NCBI RefSeq assembly: GCF_963921235.1
Contig: NC_086108.1
Location: 87,422,001-87,486,000, forward strand
Direction: 5' to 3'
Length of the DNA: 64,000 nt
DNA from: Mobula hypostoma
Lineage: Eukaryota
Shown here: one piece after another, positions 39,553 to 52,924 of the stretch
Layout: each line of letters starts with the position of its first letter
How positions within the stretch are numbered: the first letter of the stretch is position 1
The notes under the pieces: generated by a model
Seen by the model: only the letters and a program-made list of their open reading frames with translations
The model's database searches: none
Told to the model about the DNA's origin: nothing
Translations under genes and position numbers: made by a program

Positions 39553-41273
39553 GATGATGATGATGATTCCTGATAGTTTTCTCTCCATTCGAATAGTCAT
39601 GGTGCATGGATTCCAACCAATCAGTGATGTCACCAACCTGCCCTGACTTAATTTCCCTGGGAATTTCTTCCTCTTACTATCTATGCAGAAGTACAGGGAG
39701 ATGTGGAGATTGGGGCTAACGGGTTTACTCTGCTGAGAACAGGCGTAGATTCCATGGGCTGAGTAGTCTCCTTCTGGGCTATAATAAGAAAGCTTTTTCA
39801 TAGAACAGATTGACAGTTGCTTTGATGCAGATGTTCTCAATGAGGTGGACTATGGTAGCACCTACTGGGAGGAGTGGCCAGAACCAGTAGAAATAGATTT
39901 GGTTGGGTTGGGTTGTTCTTCACTCATCGGTGTGCCGATGATGTCTCCTTGAATGATGACGAAACGTTTGCAAATGGATTACCAAGATCGAAAACAACTC
40001 AACCACCTGAGCTACTACTCACTTTCCAAGATATTTCCAGAACTAGATTTACAACAAGTGGTAAAAGGCAGAAATGAGATTTGCTTTATTCAGTACGATG
40101 CACTCTGATCTGGGGTGTGCCTGAAAAGATGGAAGCGGATTCCCTAATGACATTCAGAAAACAATTGGATATAACCCTACAACTATGTTTCTCAAACCAC
40201 CTTGAACACCCCTAATCCTGCTTCAGCAACAGAACACTTTGTACAACCTCTTGCTCTACCGTGGACTTGCCTCTTCATCGTGTTTTTTTCCACACATATT
40301 TCTTGTCTTACATAGTCCTTTTCCCTTCGGTCTTGTGCAATGTACATTTTGTGTATTGTTATCTGAATCTACCTGCCCATGATGCCCTTGCAAGCTAGTT
40401 TTTTCATTGCACCAGTACCTCACTGTGCTTGTGCATTTGACAGTGAGCTTGACTTGATGTACCATTAACTGTAAATAAGATCCTGAAGTCTCTTTGTAGC
40501 TGAATGTGGCACATTTCCTCCTGTAGAAAATCGAGAACAGTGAGTCACTATTAAAAATAAGGGGATTACCTATTTAAGATGGAGGTATTGAGAACTCTGT
40601 GATTTCTGAGTCATTGGCATTCTTTTCAAACGATGTTGGAGGCAGTCTCTGACTAATTTTAAGGGAAAGGTAGACAGGTACTTAATAAGCAAGGAGATGA
40701 AAGTTTAACTTTAGTAAACTGAAACACGGAGTTAAGGTTACACACAGATCGGTCATGATCTTCTTAAATGGTAGATCAGGCAGACAGAGATGAGTGACCT
40801 ATTCCTGCTCCTAATTTGTATGGAAATAGAAAATGTTTCACGGCTGTGAGGAAGGAGCAGGTTTGTGGAACTAATTAGATGGCCGTCTGAAAGAGCTGTC
40901 ACAGATGTGATGTGCTAAATGGCTTCCTTTTGTAAGATGTAATTTTACCATTATTGTACTGTAATATAGTTCTCTCAGAGATTATATTATTGCTTCATTT
41001 TCTTTACAGTTTTCTATCAGTCATATGCTGTAAAACATAAGCCTCTGCACCAGGTTCACATAAACCACCAAGGTACAGCAACTCTGACGTTCAAAATGTG
41101 GAAGCGTTCTGCTGGGTCCCATTGGAAGGCAGGCACTGTCCTCTAAAGTTCACACATTTGGATAATTAGTCACTGCAGTGTGGCTGGGGATCTTGATGGT
41201 TCAGGCCACTGGAAGCAGTTGCTGCCCTTGTGAGTCAGTGGGAAGATTAATAAGGATGTATTGTTTATTGCAG

Positions 41274-41323
41274 CTGTGAAGATCCTCCGGCAGGTAGACC
41301 GGCCTAACCTGAAACTGCAGCTG
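41274..41323 (+). CDS. hyi: hyi exon 5 (50 nt)
   Basis: ttgcag|...CTG|gtgagt; (A)VKILRQVDRPNLKLQL; phase 1 to 0. Confidence 0.93.
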
Positions 41324-43096
41324 GTGAGTGACATTGAAAATCAAAGGCAGTTCTCCCCTCTTCCCAAGCAGCCAGCGATTTAAGACCGAGGAGCTAAGGT
41401 AAAGGGGAACTGCTTTGATGGGGAATGGAAGAAGCAACTGGAAGTCCAATGAATCAATAATGAAATCTCTGTTGTTGAGGAGCAGCAGTCTGAATATTAA
41501 TATTGCTCCCATGACCATTGCTGATTTAAAATGTGTGGTGGTGGTGTTTCCAGCACAGAGAAATCTCCACTAATTTGAAGTTCTCATGTCAGAAATGTGA
41601 CCCTTTACTGAGGGCAATGCTCCACATTGAGTAAAGGCATCATTCTAACTAGTGGTGCCTGCCACAGGTATAAGCACATCTGCCACAGCCACAGCAGCTC
41701 ACGGTTAATTTCTTTATTAATATTAATATAGCTTTAGGTATTATAAATAATTAATAAAAGTGGGTAAAGCAATCATAATGAAACTAATAGGCAGTAGACC
41801 AGGGAGGCTCTCGTCCTGTCAGTGTTTGGCAAGTCTCTTTTCTAATCATTGCAGCTATTCTTAAAAATAAACACACTAACGGATAAATTTTGTAAGCTTT
41901 AGGTTATAAATTACTTGAATTACTTGAGGCAATTTGTATGAGTTAAAATAGCAGACAGGAAAAAGCTACATTGATGTAGTAACCACTTATGTGCTATTTG
42001 CACCAGTAATTCCCGCACTGGCAAAGCATGGAGCATCAGTGCTGAGGTCTTACAGTCTGCATCAATGATGGATGAGGACAGTGTTCTGCAGCCAAGTTTG
42101 CTGCTGATACAAGCAGTGGTGAGCTCTCAAGCTGCGAAGAGGCCAAAAGCAGCCTGCAAAGGAACATGGGATAAGTAAACATGCAAGAATTTGACAGATA
42201 GAATATGACGAACAAAAATCGTGTCAGTGTGCCTCTGTCTTGATTCATTTTAAATCTGCCTTGGTCATTAGTAAGTGGTGGAGCAGGCTTGAGGGGCTGA
42301 TTCTCTACTTCTACTCTCGTTCTTGTATTTCAAGTTCAAGTTTATTGTCATCTGTCTGGACATACTGTATATACAACCAAATGAAACAATATTCCTCTGG
42401 ACCATAGTACACCCACAAAACATATCACACACAGCACAGAAGCAAAAATGTTACCATAAATACGTTAATAAAATATAATTCAAAATGAATTCAAAATTGT
42501 TGGTACACAGCGCAGGTAAACAAGAAGCAGCTCCCTGTCCTAGTGGCAAGACCTCAGTGGTGGCGGGGTGTTCATTAGTCTCACAAGCTGAGGGAAGAAG
42601 CTGTTACCCAGCCTGACAGCCCTACTCCAATGCTTCTGTATCTCCTTCCTAGTGGTGATGGGTCAAAGATATTGTGGGATGGGTGGTAGGGATACTCAAC
42701 AATGCTTCAGGCCCTTCGTCTGCACTGCTCTCGGTTATACTCAGAAACAGGGGGTACAGGAGTCCCCGATGATCCTCTCGGCGGTGTTTTGCTATCCTCT
42801 GTAGGGTCTGGCTGTCCAGTGCTTTGCAGCTTCCGCATCGCACAAGGGCCCATTGCCACTTGTGTACAATATACATCTTAGCAACATATTACGGCTGTAT
42901 TGTCAGTAGTGTTCTATTGAAAGCAAAGCAGTAATGCACCTTTAGTTTTCTGACAGGCCACCTGTTGTGTGCAGGGCATTGTGTCCTTGAAAATTTCCTC
43001 CCCTAACATTTCCTTCTGGCGCACGCTCCTTTCAATTGCCTTTGAATGACAACTGTGTCTCATTGTTATTCTATGTTCAGGGGAGACATTAACGTA

Positions 43097-43579
43097 CACT
43101 CAGTGGACTCTTTATTAGGTACACCTGTACACCTGCTTATTAGTGCAAATACCTATTCAGCCAATCGTGCAGCGCAACTCAGTGCGTAAAAACATGCAGA
43201 TGTGGTCACATTGGAATGCGGAAGAAAGGTGATCTAAGTGGCTTTGACCGTGGAATGGTTGTTGACTCCAGATAGGGTGGTTTGAATAGATCAGAAACTG
43301 CTGATCTGGGATTTTCATGAACAACAGTTTCTGAGAGCTTACAGAGAATGGTGTGAAAAACAAAATGACATCCATTGAGTGGCAGTTCATGCCTTGATAA
43401 TGAGAGAGCTCAAAGGAGAATGGCCGGACTGGTTCAAGCTGACAGGAAGACAACAGTAATTCAAGTAACTGCACGTTACAACAGCAGTCTGTAGAAGACC
43501 ATCCCTGCACAACACATCAAACCTTGAATGAGCTGCAGCAGCAGACCACACCTGTACCTAATAAAGTGGCCGCTTAGTG
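43097..43579. mobile_element. Non-autonomous Tc1/mariner-type element
   Basis: TA|CACTCAGTGG..TTTATTAGGTAC and GTACCTAATAAAGTGGCCGCTTAGTG termini. Related copy at ~56917-57290. Confidence 0.8.
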
Positions 43580-43864
43580 CATAGTGTAATAGAATCAGAA
43601 TAGTGAAGATGTTTATTACAAAATGAAAATAGTTGAGAAGTTCCTTTGATGCATCTAAAGGTGACTTGATATTATGTGAGGCAGAAAGGAAGAGAATAAT
43701 AAGTTAAAGGGTCAATTAGTATGGGAGGAGGCCGAAGTAAGAGATGAACATTCTTGTGCTGTGTTTGGTTTTGTGATGAGGTTTTATATTTCCACAAATG
43801 GACTATTTTGCTGGAATGCTCTGTCTGATGCCGTAATAACTGAAGTAAGTCTATTTGGACACAG

Positions 43865-43934
43865 GATGTGTTTCACTGGCAGATTATGGATGGGAATCTG
43901 ACTCAGAGCATCACCAACTACTTCCCTCTCATAG
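43865..43934 (+). CDS. hyi: hyi exon 6 (70 nt), followed by a GC donor
   Basis: acacag|DVFHWQIMDGNLTQSITNYFPLI(G); donor AG|GCAAGT; phase 0 to 1 fits exon 7. Confidence 0.93.
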
Positions 43935-44044
43935 GCAAGTACTTTCTTTCAGTGTGCATTATGTTTGTGTTTTATACAGAGTTGCACAATTATCTATCCA
44001 TGTACCAGAAATGAGTTTTACTGAAGCCCATTGTTTATGGTAAC

Positions 44045-44152
44045 TCACACAAAATGCTGGAGGAACTCAGCAGATCTATGGAAAGGAATGAACAGTAAGC
44101 ATTTTGGACCAAGACCCTTCTTCAGGAACAAACACTAGAATCTCTTGTGTTT
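44045..44152 (-). mobile_element. Short Penelope pseudo-LTR fragment
   Basis: cacacaaaatgctggaggaactcagc...gacccttcttcagga, ending just past the hammerhead core. Confidence 0.7.
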
Positions 44153-44454
44153 ATTCTTCATAGTAATATCTGTTCATGCTCTGGAAAGTCAACATGGATA
44201 CAATTGAACTTCTGCACTGTTATAGATCTGGCCTGCCCAGAGTATGAATGTTGGTTATGATCCCATCTGTATTGTTACAGAAATGGCCCTCAGAGAAGCT
44301 ACGTATGTATCTGAATGGAAAGGAAAACAAAACTTGCAGTGTAAGACTGCATTGACTACTTTTTCATTGTCTTTGCTACCCTTACTTTTGATAATTCTAA
44401 CTCATATTTAGCATCCTAGATTCTACCTTTAATAAACTTGAGATCTTGGACTTG

Positions 44455-45455
44455 TCTATTGCCATGATGATGTCATACTACATATTACATCTGGGTAGCA
44501 TCCAATCTGATAGCTTGAACACCACTTTCTCTAACTTCTGGCAATTTCTTCCCCCTTCCTCTTCCTCTCTTTTTCCATTCCTTATTCTGGTTGCCCTCTC
44601 ACTCCTTCTTTTCTCCCCACCTGGTCCTCTCTTCCTTCCTTTCCATGATCCACTGTCATCTCTTATTGGATTCTATCTTCAGCCATTTACATCTTCCACC
44701 CATCCCCTCCCAGCTTCTTACTTTATTCCTTTCCCCACCTACATACCTTTCTCCTCTCCTCCTCTTTATCCCAAGGTCCACTGTTCTCTCCTTTCAGATT
44801 TATTCTTCAGGCCTTTAGCTCTTCCACCTATCATTTCCCAGCTTCTCACTTCATTCCCCCTCAACCACCCATTTTATTTTCCCCTCATTTGGTCTCATCT
44901 ATCTCCAGCTAGTTTATACTCCTTCCCCTCTCCCCCACCACCTTATTCTGGCTTCTACCCCGCTTCCTTTCCTGTCCCGTTGAAGAGTCTGAGCCTGAAA
45001 CATCAACTATTTATTCCCCTCCATAGATGCTGCCTGCAATGTTCCCTCTAATTTGTAATGACCAGAGTGCACAAAAATCTTGTGCTGTGCAATTTTTTGC
45101 CCGGTGGCAGCAACGTGTGTCCACTGGATAATTTCAATAAAAACAGTATGAATAAGCCAATTCTAAAACCTGTAGATAAATCATCGCAAACTCCACGTTG
45201 TCATCACAGTCTGCATCAGAAACTGGAAAAGGAAACATGATTGTGTATGATTGTGAAATATAGTTAACGCGCCAATGAGGTAGGATGGTGACAACCTTTT
45301 GTGCGCAGTTTAAATTCCTTTGTGCACTAGTAACAAATGATGTGTGGGTGCGCACGCCTTAGTGGGAACATTGACTGGCTGACTTGCTGAGTTCCTCCAG
45401 CATTTTGTGTGTGTTGCTCAAGATTTCCAGCAGCTACAGAATCTCTTGTGTCTTT
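44455..45455 (+). mobile_element. Penelope-like 3' fragment interrupted by a hAT MITE
   Basis: LHLGSIQSDSLN relic, pyrimidine tract, gagcctgaaacatcaact, cattttgtgtgtgttgc. Confidence 0.8.
45037..45373. mobile_element. hAT (Tip100-like) MITE
   Basis: TIRs CAATGTTCCCTCTAA / TTAGTGGGAACATTG. Degenerate 8-bp TSD GCTGCCTG / ACTGGCTG. Confidence 0.85.
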
Positions 45456-45467
45456 CAAAATCACTCT

Positions 45468-46110
45468 CAGACATCCCACCCTGCAAAAACTCATTACAGG
45501 GAGGTAGCACCCCCACCCCCCCCCGCAACCCCATATCCTATCTCCCCCCCCCCCGCTGGTCGACCTCCAAGGGTGTATGTAATACTTTGTTTAGTGATTT
45601 TGTCTAATCTGTAAACCAAGTTGGGTATATGCAGAAAATGTAACATTAAAATATGTACTTAATATTATCATCTTTATTCTATTACAACTTTAAGCAAGTC
45701 TACAGGGAGTTTGGCCTCATCACGTAGGACATCAGTAGAGTAGCTCCTTAGCAGCTAGCCAGTTAGTTTAAATAACATTAGCTATGCTAATGAATGAATG
45801 ACACCTGTTAAACATGTCTTTTACATTTTATCCCACCACGGGCAATAGAAAAGTCACTGTTGCAAACAGTGCAGTGAGCAACACTGTCATTATTTTTGAG
45901 GTCGACTGTAAAGTCCGCCCACAGAGAAAACTGATAGGTCTACTTAGCATGAAGAGAGACCAATCAGGATGCTCACTCTCCCTCTCAAAAAATTCAATTT
46001 CCGGGATATTGTATATAATTTCCGGGCGTCAGGGAGCCGCTATCAATATGCAGGAGACTCCCAGAACTTGCGGGAGACTCCCGGAACTTCCGGGAGAGGT
46101 GGGATGTCTG
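45468..46110. mobile_element. Non-autonomous DNA transposon with 6-bp TSD
   Basis: TIRs CAGACATCCCACC / GGTGGGATGTCTG; flanks CACTCT at 45462-45467 and 46111-46116. Confidence 0.82.
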
Positions 46111-47789
46111 CACTCTGCACCGCCTCATAGCCCCTTCATGCCTGCTTTCACTGCAGTACATTAACTCCTGATTGAAGAACACTTCAGTTTTCAAATTCTC
46201 ATCCTGATTTTCTGATCTCAACCCTCCCTCCACTACCCCACTGCAATGATCTCTGTGGGATCTTTTCCAGCTCTACAATTCTGTCCTTTCACTCACTGCT
46301 GGTTCTCCCACGCACCACTAACAGCCATCCGCTGTTGTGCAAGTTGCTACTTGGAGAGAACAGAATATTGGGACAAACTCTCTTCAAAACCATGTTTTAT
46401 GTTCATACTGATGTCATTGGTTTAACATCTTATTCCTAGGAAAGAACTACTACCAGTTGTGCTCTTCAGCACCGTTCTAGCATATGAGCTACTGTACATT
46501 ATATGTGTTGGTGTCCAGGAGTATGCTCTGAGGAAATTAGCAACTCTGTCATTGTGTATTCAAAGTTCAAAGTAAATTTATTATTGAAGTACGCATATGT
46601 CACCATATACTACCCTGAATTTCAGTTTCTTAAAGGCATTCACAATAGAACAAAGAAATACAATAGAATTAATGAAAAAATAAAGACTGACAACCAATGT
46701 GCAAAAGAAGACAAACTGTGCAAATACAATAAATAAACAAACTACTGAATAAATAGTTAAACTAATTTTTAAAGCTGCAAACTTCATTATTCCCTAAACT
46801 AATCACACGGTCAAGGTACGTAATATGCCCGACATATAAAAGGAGTCTAGAATTTGATTGATTAGTGTTTGCTCTCCATAAAATGACCTTCCAGCTGCTG
46901 GTTATGTTGGAAAATTTGATTCCCCAAAACTCCTTCACCAAAGAGCACGTGCGTAGAGCCATGAAGATGATCCACAAAGTTTTGCTCCAGTTCACATACA
47001 TGTACACTAACCAGACCATCAATTTACAAAGGTTTTGCCAAAACTATTTAGATGTTAGGCCGAGTGAAGAAGTCTTCATCAGTATTCTGCTAAATCTTTA
47101 TTTTCCTATTCATACTTGGAAATGAATCTCTTTGGAAAAGCCAGGATTTATTGCTGATCCATAGACTAACCATTAACTGTGGGCGGTTAATGTGTTGAAA
47201 CAACAGTTAAGGACTAACCATACTGCTGCTCTGGAATTTCTTTTTTTTTTAATTTTATTTTTATTTGGATAAGGAATTCACAATTATCATGTACTTTTTT
47301 CACACATATAACCTTTTCCATTTTTTTATATGTATAAAACTACAATTATTTATACATTCTTAAGTACACATTGAGATGATATAAAAGGAAAATAAACATT
47401 TAAATAGATAATTATGTACTGTGGTAAATCTAACCTATTAGGCTAAGTAATGAAATTAGTTGTTAAGAAAAATGGTAATAATAGTTTCCATACAACCCTT
47501 CTGGACCATTTCCACTGGTCCAAAATGTTGCATACAAGCCTATATACCAACCATTGTAGGTGTTTATATCCCAATTTGTTCGTGCTTGTTCCTGCCCGCA
47601 GATATAATTATCCAATCCCTATGTACTTATTTACTTAATTTTTTCTTTTTTTTATCCCTTTCCCAAATCTTTCTCTTTACTTGTGTTAATTCTCTATTTT
47701 CCAAAAAAAAACAAACATTTAGACTAGGGGTGCTTACGTTAGCAATATTACTGTGTTGATGAGAAGAGCAATATAAATCATTAGGAGAG

Positions 47790-50700
47790 TCATCTAAAGT
47801 CTGCTCGCATTGGGGTTATATATTCAATCCATTTATTCCAGATTTGATAAAATGTTTCTTTTTGAGTTCTCAGGGAGTAAATCAACTTTTCCATTTTAAA
47901 TATTTCCAAGATAATTTCGTACCAATCTTCTAATGTAGGTGGTACTGGACTTAGCCATTTTCTAGTGATTGATTTCTTACTTGCCGCTAAGAGGGCCTGC
48001 AGCAACTTTATATCTTCCTTCTGTTCAAGGAACAATACATGCCCCAAATAGAGCGTCTCAAAGTTCAGAGGTATCTGGGACCTAAGTACCTTAACTAATG
48101 TTCTGTGAATACCTTCCCAAAATAGACTTAATTTAGGGCAATCCCAGAAAATATGAAAATGATTTGCCTCCTTGGAGCCGCACCTTCTCCAACACATCAC
48201 ATTTGTATCTTTATATTTTTCCTGATATGGGGTCTTGAAGTATCTTATAATGTTTTTCCAACAATGTTCTCTCCAAGTCAAAGAATTAGTCGAGGACCAT
48301 TGAAAGCTGCAGATTTTCCCCCAAGCCTCCTCTGAAAGTACCAACCCCGCTTCTTTCTCCCACTTCTCTTTAATATACAGTGTATTTACATTTTTAGCAT
48401 GGGAGAGTGCATTATATAGGCGAGAAACTGATTTACTAGGTATTGAACTGCAAGCCGAATTCAGAATCTTGAAAAATTCTAATTCTACTGTTGATAGGTC
48501 TGTATATCTACAACTCTGGTTAACATAGTTTCGTATTTGAAGGTACCTAAAAAAAGTCATTATGTTCTAGGCCATGTTTGTCCTGCAGGATTTGGAAACT
48601 TTGTAATACTCTTTTATCTATAAATGAGAGGTAGGTTGTAAGACCTTTCTTTATCCATAGCTCAAATCTTTTATCTCCTCTGTTGGGAAGGAATTAGGTA
48701 TCATATGCACACCATCTAAAGAGTTTCAACATGTTATTAATTCCACATGAATTAACCACCTTCTGCCATACTTTTAATGTAAGATTTATCCAAGCATTAT
48801 TAAATTTTTCCAACTGGGCCATCAATCCTTTGTCAGCTATTGAGGCCTGAAGAGGAAAACTGTCAACTAATCCAAATTCTATTTCCTTCCATCTAGCCTT
48901 ATATTCCCTATTACACCAATATAACAGAGGGGTTATCTGTGAGGCATAAAAATAATTTCTCAGGCAAGGAAGAACCATACCTCCTCCTTCCTTCCCTAAC
49001 TGTAAGGTGTTATATCGAATTCTAGGTTTCCTTCCTTGCCAAATGAAACGGGAAATCCATTTGTCCCATTCCCTGAATTGATTATCATCCACCTCCACTG
49101 GTAAAGTACGGAAAAGATATAATAACCGAGGAAGAATATTCATTTTTATAGTATTTATCCTTGAATTTAAACTTAAAAAGGGGATAAGATTCCATCTATG
49201 CATATCTGCTTTTATCTCTGAGATTAATGGCCCATAATTTACCTGTGACAGTGTTGAAAGATCCTTCGGCAGGGTTATTCCTAAATATTTTAATGATTTA
49301 GCTTCCCACTTAAGATCGTATGTATCCTGCAATTTTTTGGATGGTGTATAATTTAGGGACATAACCTGCGTTTTCTTTACATTTAGTTTATAACCTGATA
49401 TTTTCCCAAAGTCATCCAACAGTGTAAACAATCCTATAAATGATTTTTCTGGTTCACTCAGATAGACCAAAACATCATCTGCGAATAACGTCACTTTCTG
49501 TTCAATCCCTGCCACCTTGATACCTTTTACAATTTCACTCTGTCTTATTAGTTGGGCAAGTGGTTCAATATATAGCGCAAAAAGGAGAGGAGAAATTGGG
49601 CATCCCTGTCTAGTGCCTCTCTCTAAAATGAAGGAGTCAGAGAGGTCCCCATTTATCTTAATTCGGGCTGTAGGGCTGTCATATAGAGTCTGAATTACTT
49701 TAATAAACCTTTCTTGAAAGCCGAATCTTCCTAACACTCTGTGTAGGAATGCCCAACTAACCGAATCAAAAGCTTTCTCAGCGTCCAATCCTACTACCAT
49801 TGTCTCTGTCTCATTCTTATTAACCTGTTCTAATATGTGCAGAGTTCTCCTAATGTTGTCCTGTGTTTGTCTTTGTTGAATAAATCCAGTCTGGTCTAAA
49901 TGGATTAGGCCAGGTAAAAGCTTTTCCAATCTGCGCGCTAATATAGATGTAAATAGTTTGTAATCTAAATTAAGAACACTAATTGGCCGATAATTGCCAC
50001 ATTCTAGTTTATCTTTACCCTCTTTAGGAATAACTGAAATAATCGCTTCTCTCCAGGAAGGTGGAGTTTCTCCTCTCTGCAAGATCCAGTTAAAGGTGTT
50101 AAGTAGTAATGGGGTTAACTGTGTCTTCAGGGACTTGTACCACTCTGAGGTAAACCCATCAGAACCCGGGGACTTTCCAGCCTTTAACCTAGAGATGGCC
50201 ACGTTCAGTTCTTTGACAGTTACTGGTTCTAATAAACTTTCATTTTGTAAATCTGTAAGTTTAGGTAGATCTAAAAAATTCAATACACTGTCTATATAGG
50301 GCTCATTGGGGGCCCGGGGTTGGGAGTACAGCTCTCGATAATATGTTTCAAAACCCTCTTGAATTTTCCCTATTGTACTCTCCACAAGCTTTGTCTTTGG
50401 ATTCTTTATTTTATGAATTGCATTGTCTGCTTGTTGTTTTCGTAATTTATATGCTAATAATCTAGCTGATTTACCTCCTACTTCATAATTCTTTTGTCTC
50501 AGGTAAAGAAAATTTCTTTGTTTCCAACGTATAAATATCATCAATTTCACTTTGCAATTTCCTAATTTCCTGTTTTCGATTTGAATTACTTTTGTTGCTA
50601 TCTACAACTTGAAGTTGTTTTAATTTTCCTTGAAGGTCTGCTAATTTTTGTGCATTGATTTTTTTCATGTGAGTAGTAATGGAAATAATTTTCCCTCTCA

Positions 50701-51577
50701 GTACAGCTTTCAATGTATCCCATAAAATCACTGGTGATGTTTCTCCCATGTCATTAAGGTCTAGATATTCTTTGATTTCTCCCCTTAATCTCTCCATTAC
50801 TTTCGGGTTATTGAGTATATGTGAGGTTAGCCCCCATAGTGTTTTCCTCATTTTCCTTTCCAGGATTAGAGACATAGAGACTGGGCTATGATCCGACAGA
50901 TCAATTGTTGCAATATTACAGTTTTTTATCCTGAGTCTATCTGTATTAAAGATAAAGAAATAGTCTATCCTTGAATAGGCTGAATGAGGGAAAGAGTAAT
51001 ATGTATAATCTTTACTAGTAGGGTGTAATTCCCTCCAGACATCTATAATTCCCAACTCCTCCATCAATGAATTCACTTTCCGAGTCAGAGGTTTATTCTG
51101 AGTAACTATTCTTGAAGAATCTAATAGAGGATTTAATCTAATATTAAAATCCCCTCCACAAATTACTACCCCTCGAGAACTGACCATTAGGTCAAAAATG
51201 TGTCTATAAAATGACCATTCACTACCTGGAGGAGCATAAACATTCAGCAATGTTATTTCTGTACCTTCTATTCTTCCTGTGATTTTTACAAACGGTCCTT
51301 CTTTGTCTCTAGTCTCTGAAATATGTTCATAATTAAGAGTACTTGATATTAAAGTAGCTACCCCTCTTTTGTGACTCAATTTATATGATGAATAAAATAC
51401 ATGCTTAAAGCCCATTCTTTTTAATTTTCCATGTTCAGATTGGCTCATATGTGTTTCCTGGAGGAAAGCTATTTGTGCCCTCTCTTTTTTCAATTTAGAC
51501 ATAATCTTATTTCTTTTAATTGGATTCAAAACCCCATTAACATTATAGGAAATTATTTTTCCCAATTCAGTTTGCAT
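47790..51577 (-). pseudogene. L1 ORF2 (APE endonuclease, RT, C-terminal Cys/His knuckle); two frameshifts and one stop
   Basis: ISYNVNG/FLQETH/GGDFN/SRIDYF/SDH (50483-51577); GTRQGCPISP/FADD (48694-50550); CWRRCG..HIFWDC (47790-48560). Confidence 0.95.
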
Positions 51578-51939
51578 TTTTCTCTAGTAGAAAAAAAGCA
51601 CTCTCCTTTTCTAACCAAACAGTAAGCAATCCCTTCTCAACAGTAAACCAAGACATATAACCACACCCTAGACATTTCTGAACATATAACATTTGAAAAT
51701 TTTTCCCGACTTCCCACAGTGAGGCCTGAGCACCGACCCGCCTCAGTTCAGAGGGATAACCTCTATCTTCACCCTGTGTTAGAGGGCCCTCAGAAGTCTG
51801 AGTAATCATAGAGAATTTTCTCCTATTTATGTCTCGACCATATTGCTATTATTCAAGTTATTCCGCCTAGTTTATTTTCAGTTACCAGTTTTCATTTTAC
51901 TTTTAAGTCCGATTTACTCTTTTCAGTCATTTCTCTTAA

Positions 51940-52924
51940 TTAATCTGTATTCTCTGTACATTCGCGTCTGAATATTTGCAGCTTTTCCTTGTAGTTTGAC
52001 ACTCTGGTTCGAGTGGAGCGTCCTCGCCCCACTAACTGCCACGACTTCTGCCGAATCCTCTCCAGTAGCGACTCCGGTTGGGTGATAACTTTAATAGGTA
52101 GTCCCCGGTCCGCCAGGTCCAACGTTGCCTCCTCCACCGTAGCGTAAGTTTTTGTCCCTTCGTCGTAAAAGACTCTCAGCCGAGCTGGATACAGGGTCTG
52201 GAATCTGATGTTGTTTTCCTTCAGGACTCTCCGTGTTTCCGTATATTCCTTCCGTCTGCCAAGAATCCCCGGTGCGTAGTCGTGGTCTAAACTGATTTTG
52301 CAGTTGTTCCACATGAAACCTTTCTTTTGCCATGCTCTTTTAAGCACCTCTTCCTTCGTTCTGTAACTGAGAAATCTGATCAGAATCGATCTGGGCTGGG
52401 CGCCTGCCGGAGGCTGTGGTGCCAACGCGCGGTGAGCTCTTTCTATCTGTAGGTCTTTTGCGGCCGGTATATCAAGGTTCTCTCTAAGCAGCTTCTCCAC
52501 AAAGGGAATCATCAATCCGGGTTTACCTTCGGTTCCTTCGGGAACTCCGTAGATCCTCACATTTTCCCTTCTCGAGCGGCCTTCTTGATCTATTAGTTTC
52601 CACTGGAGCTGGTCTTGTAGCTTCAGCATTTCTGCTATCACTTCCTCGGCGTTTTGTAGCTTCTCTTCAATTCCAACAATCCTCGCTTCGGCTTCATCTA
52701 TCCACGAGTTAGTTTTTACTATTTCTCCTTTAATATCTTCCAGCTGTTTGCTATTATCTTGTCGGAACTCGCGAATCTCTCCGAGAATCAAAGACAGAGT
52801 CACCGATTTCCCCCTCATTATCTCCGTCCTGGCTTGCCGTGGGGGAGCTAGGCCCGTCGCCTTGCTGCATCTCTTTATGTTTATCAGCCTTCGAAGCGGA
52901 CTTTTTATTCTTGTTCTTAGACAT
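51940..52924 (-). pseudogene. L1 ORF1 (coiled coil, RRM, CTD); probable 1-nt frameshift near 52810
   Basis: EGRSRRENVRIYGVPE, IERAHR, YPARLRV. Upstream ATG at 52924 (MSKNKNKK) is one base out of frame. Confidence 0.92.

Noticed and set aside
44446..45051. 201-aa Pro/Ser/Leu/Phe-rich ORF (also 28616-28993)
   Set aside because: Translation of the stop-poor pyrimidine tract of Penelope 3' regions.
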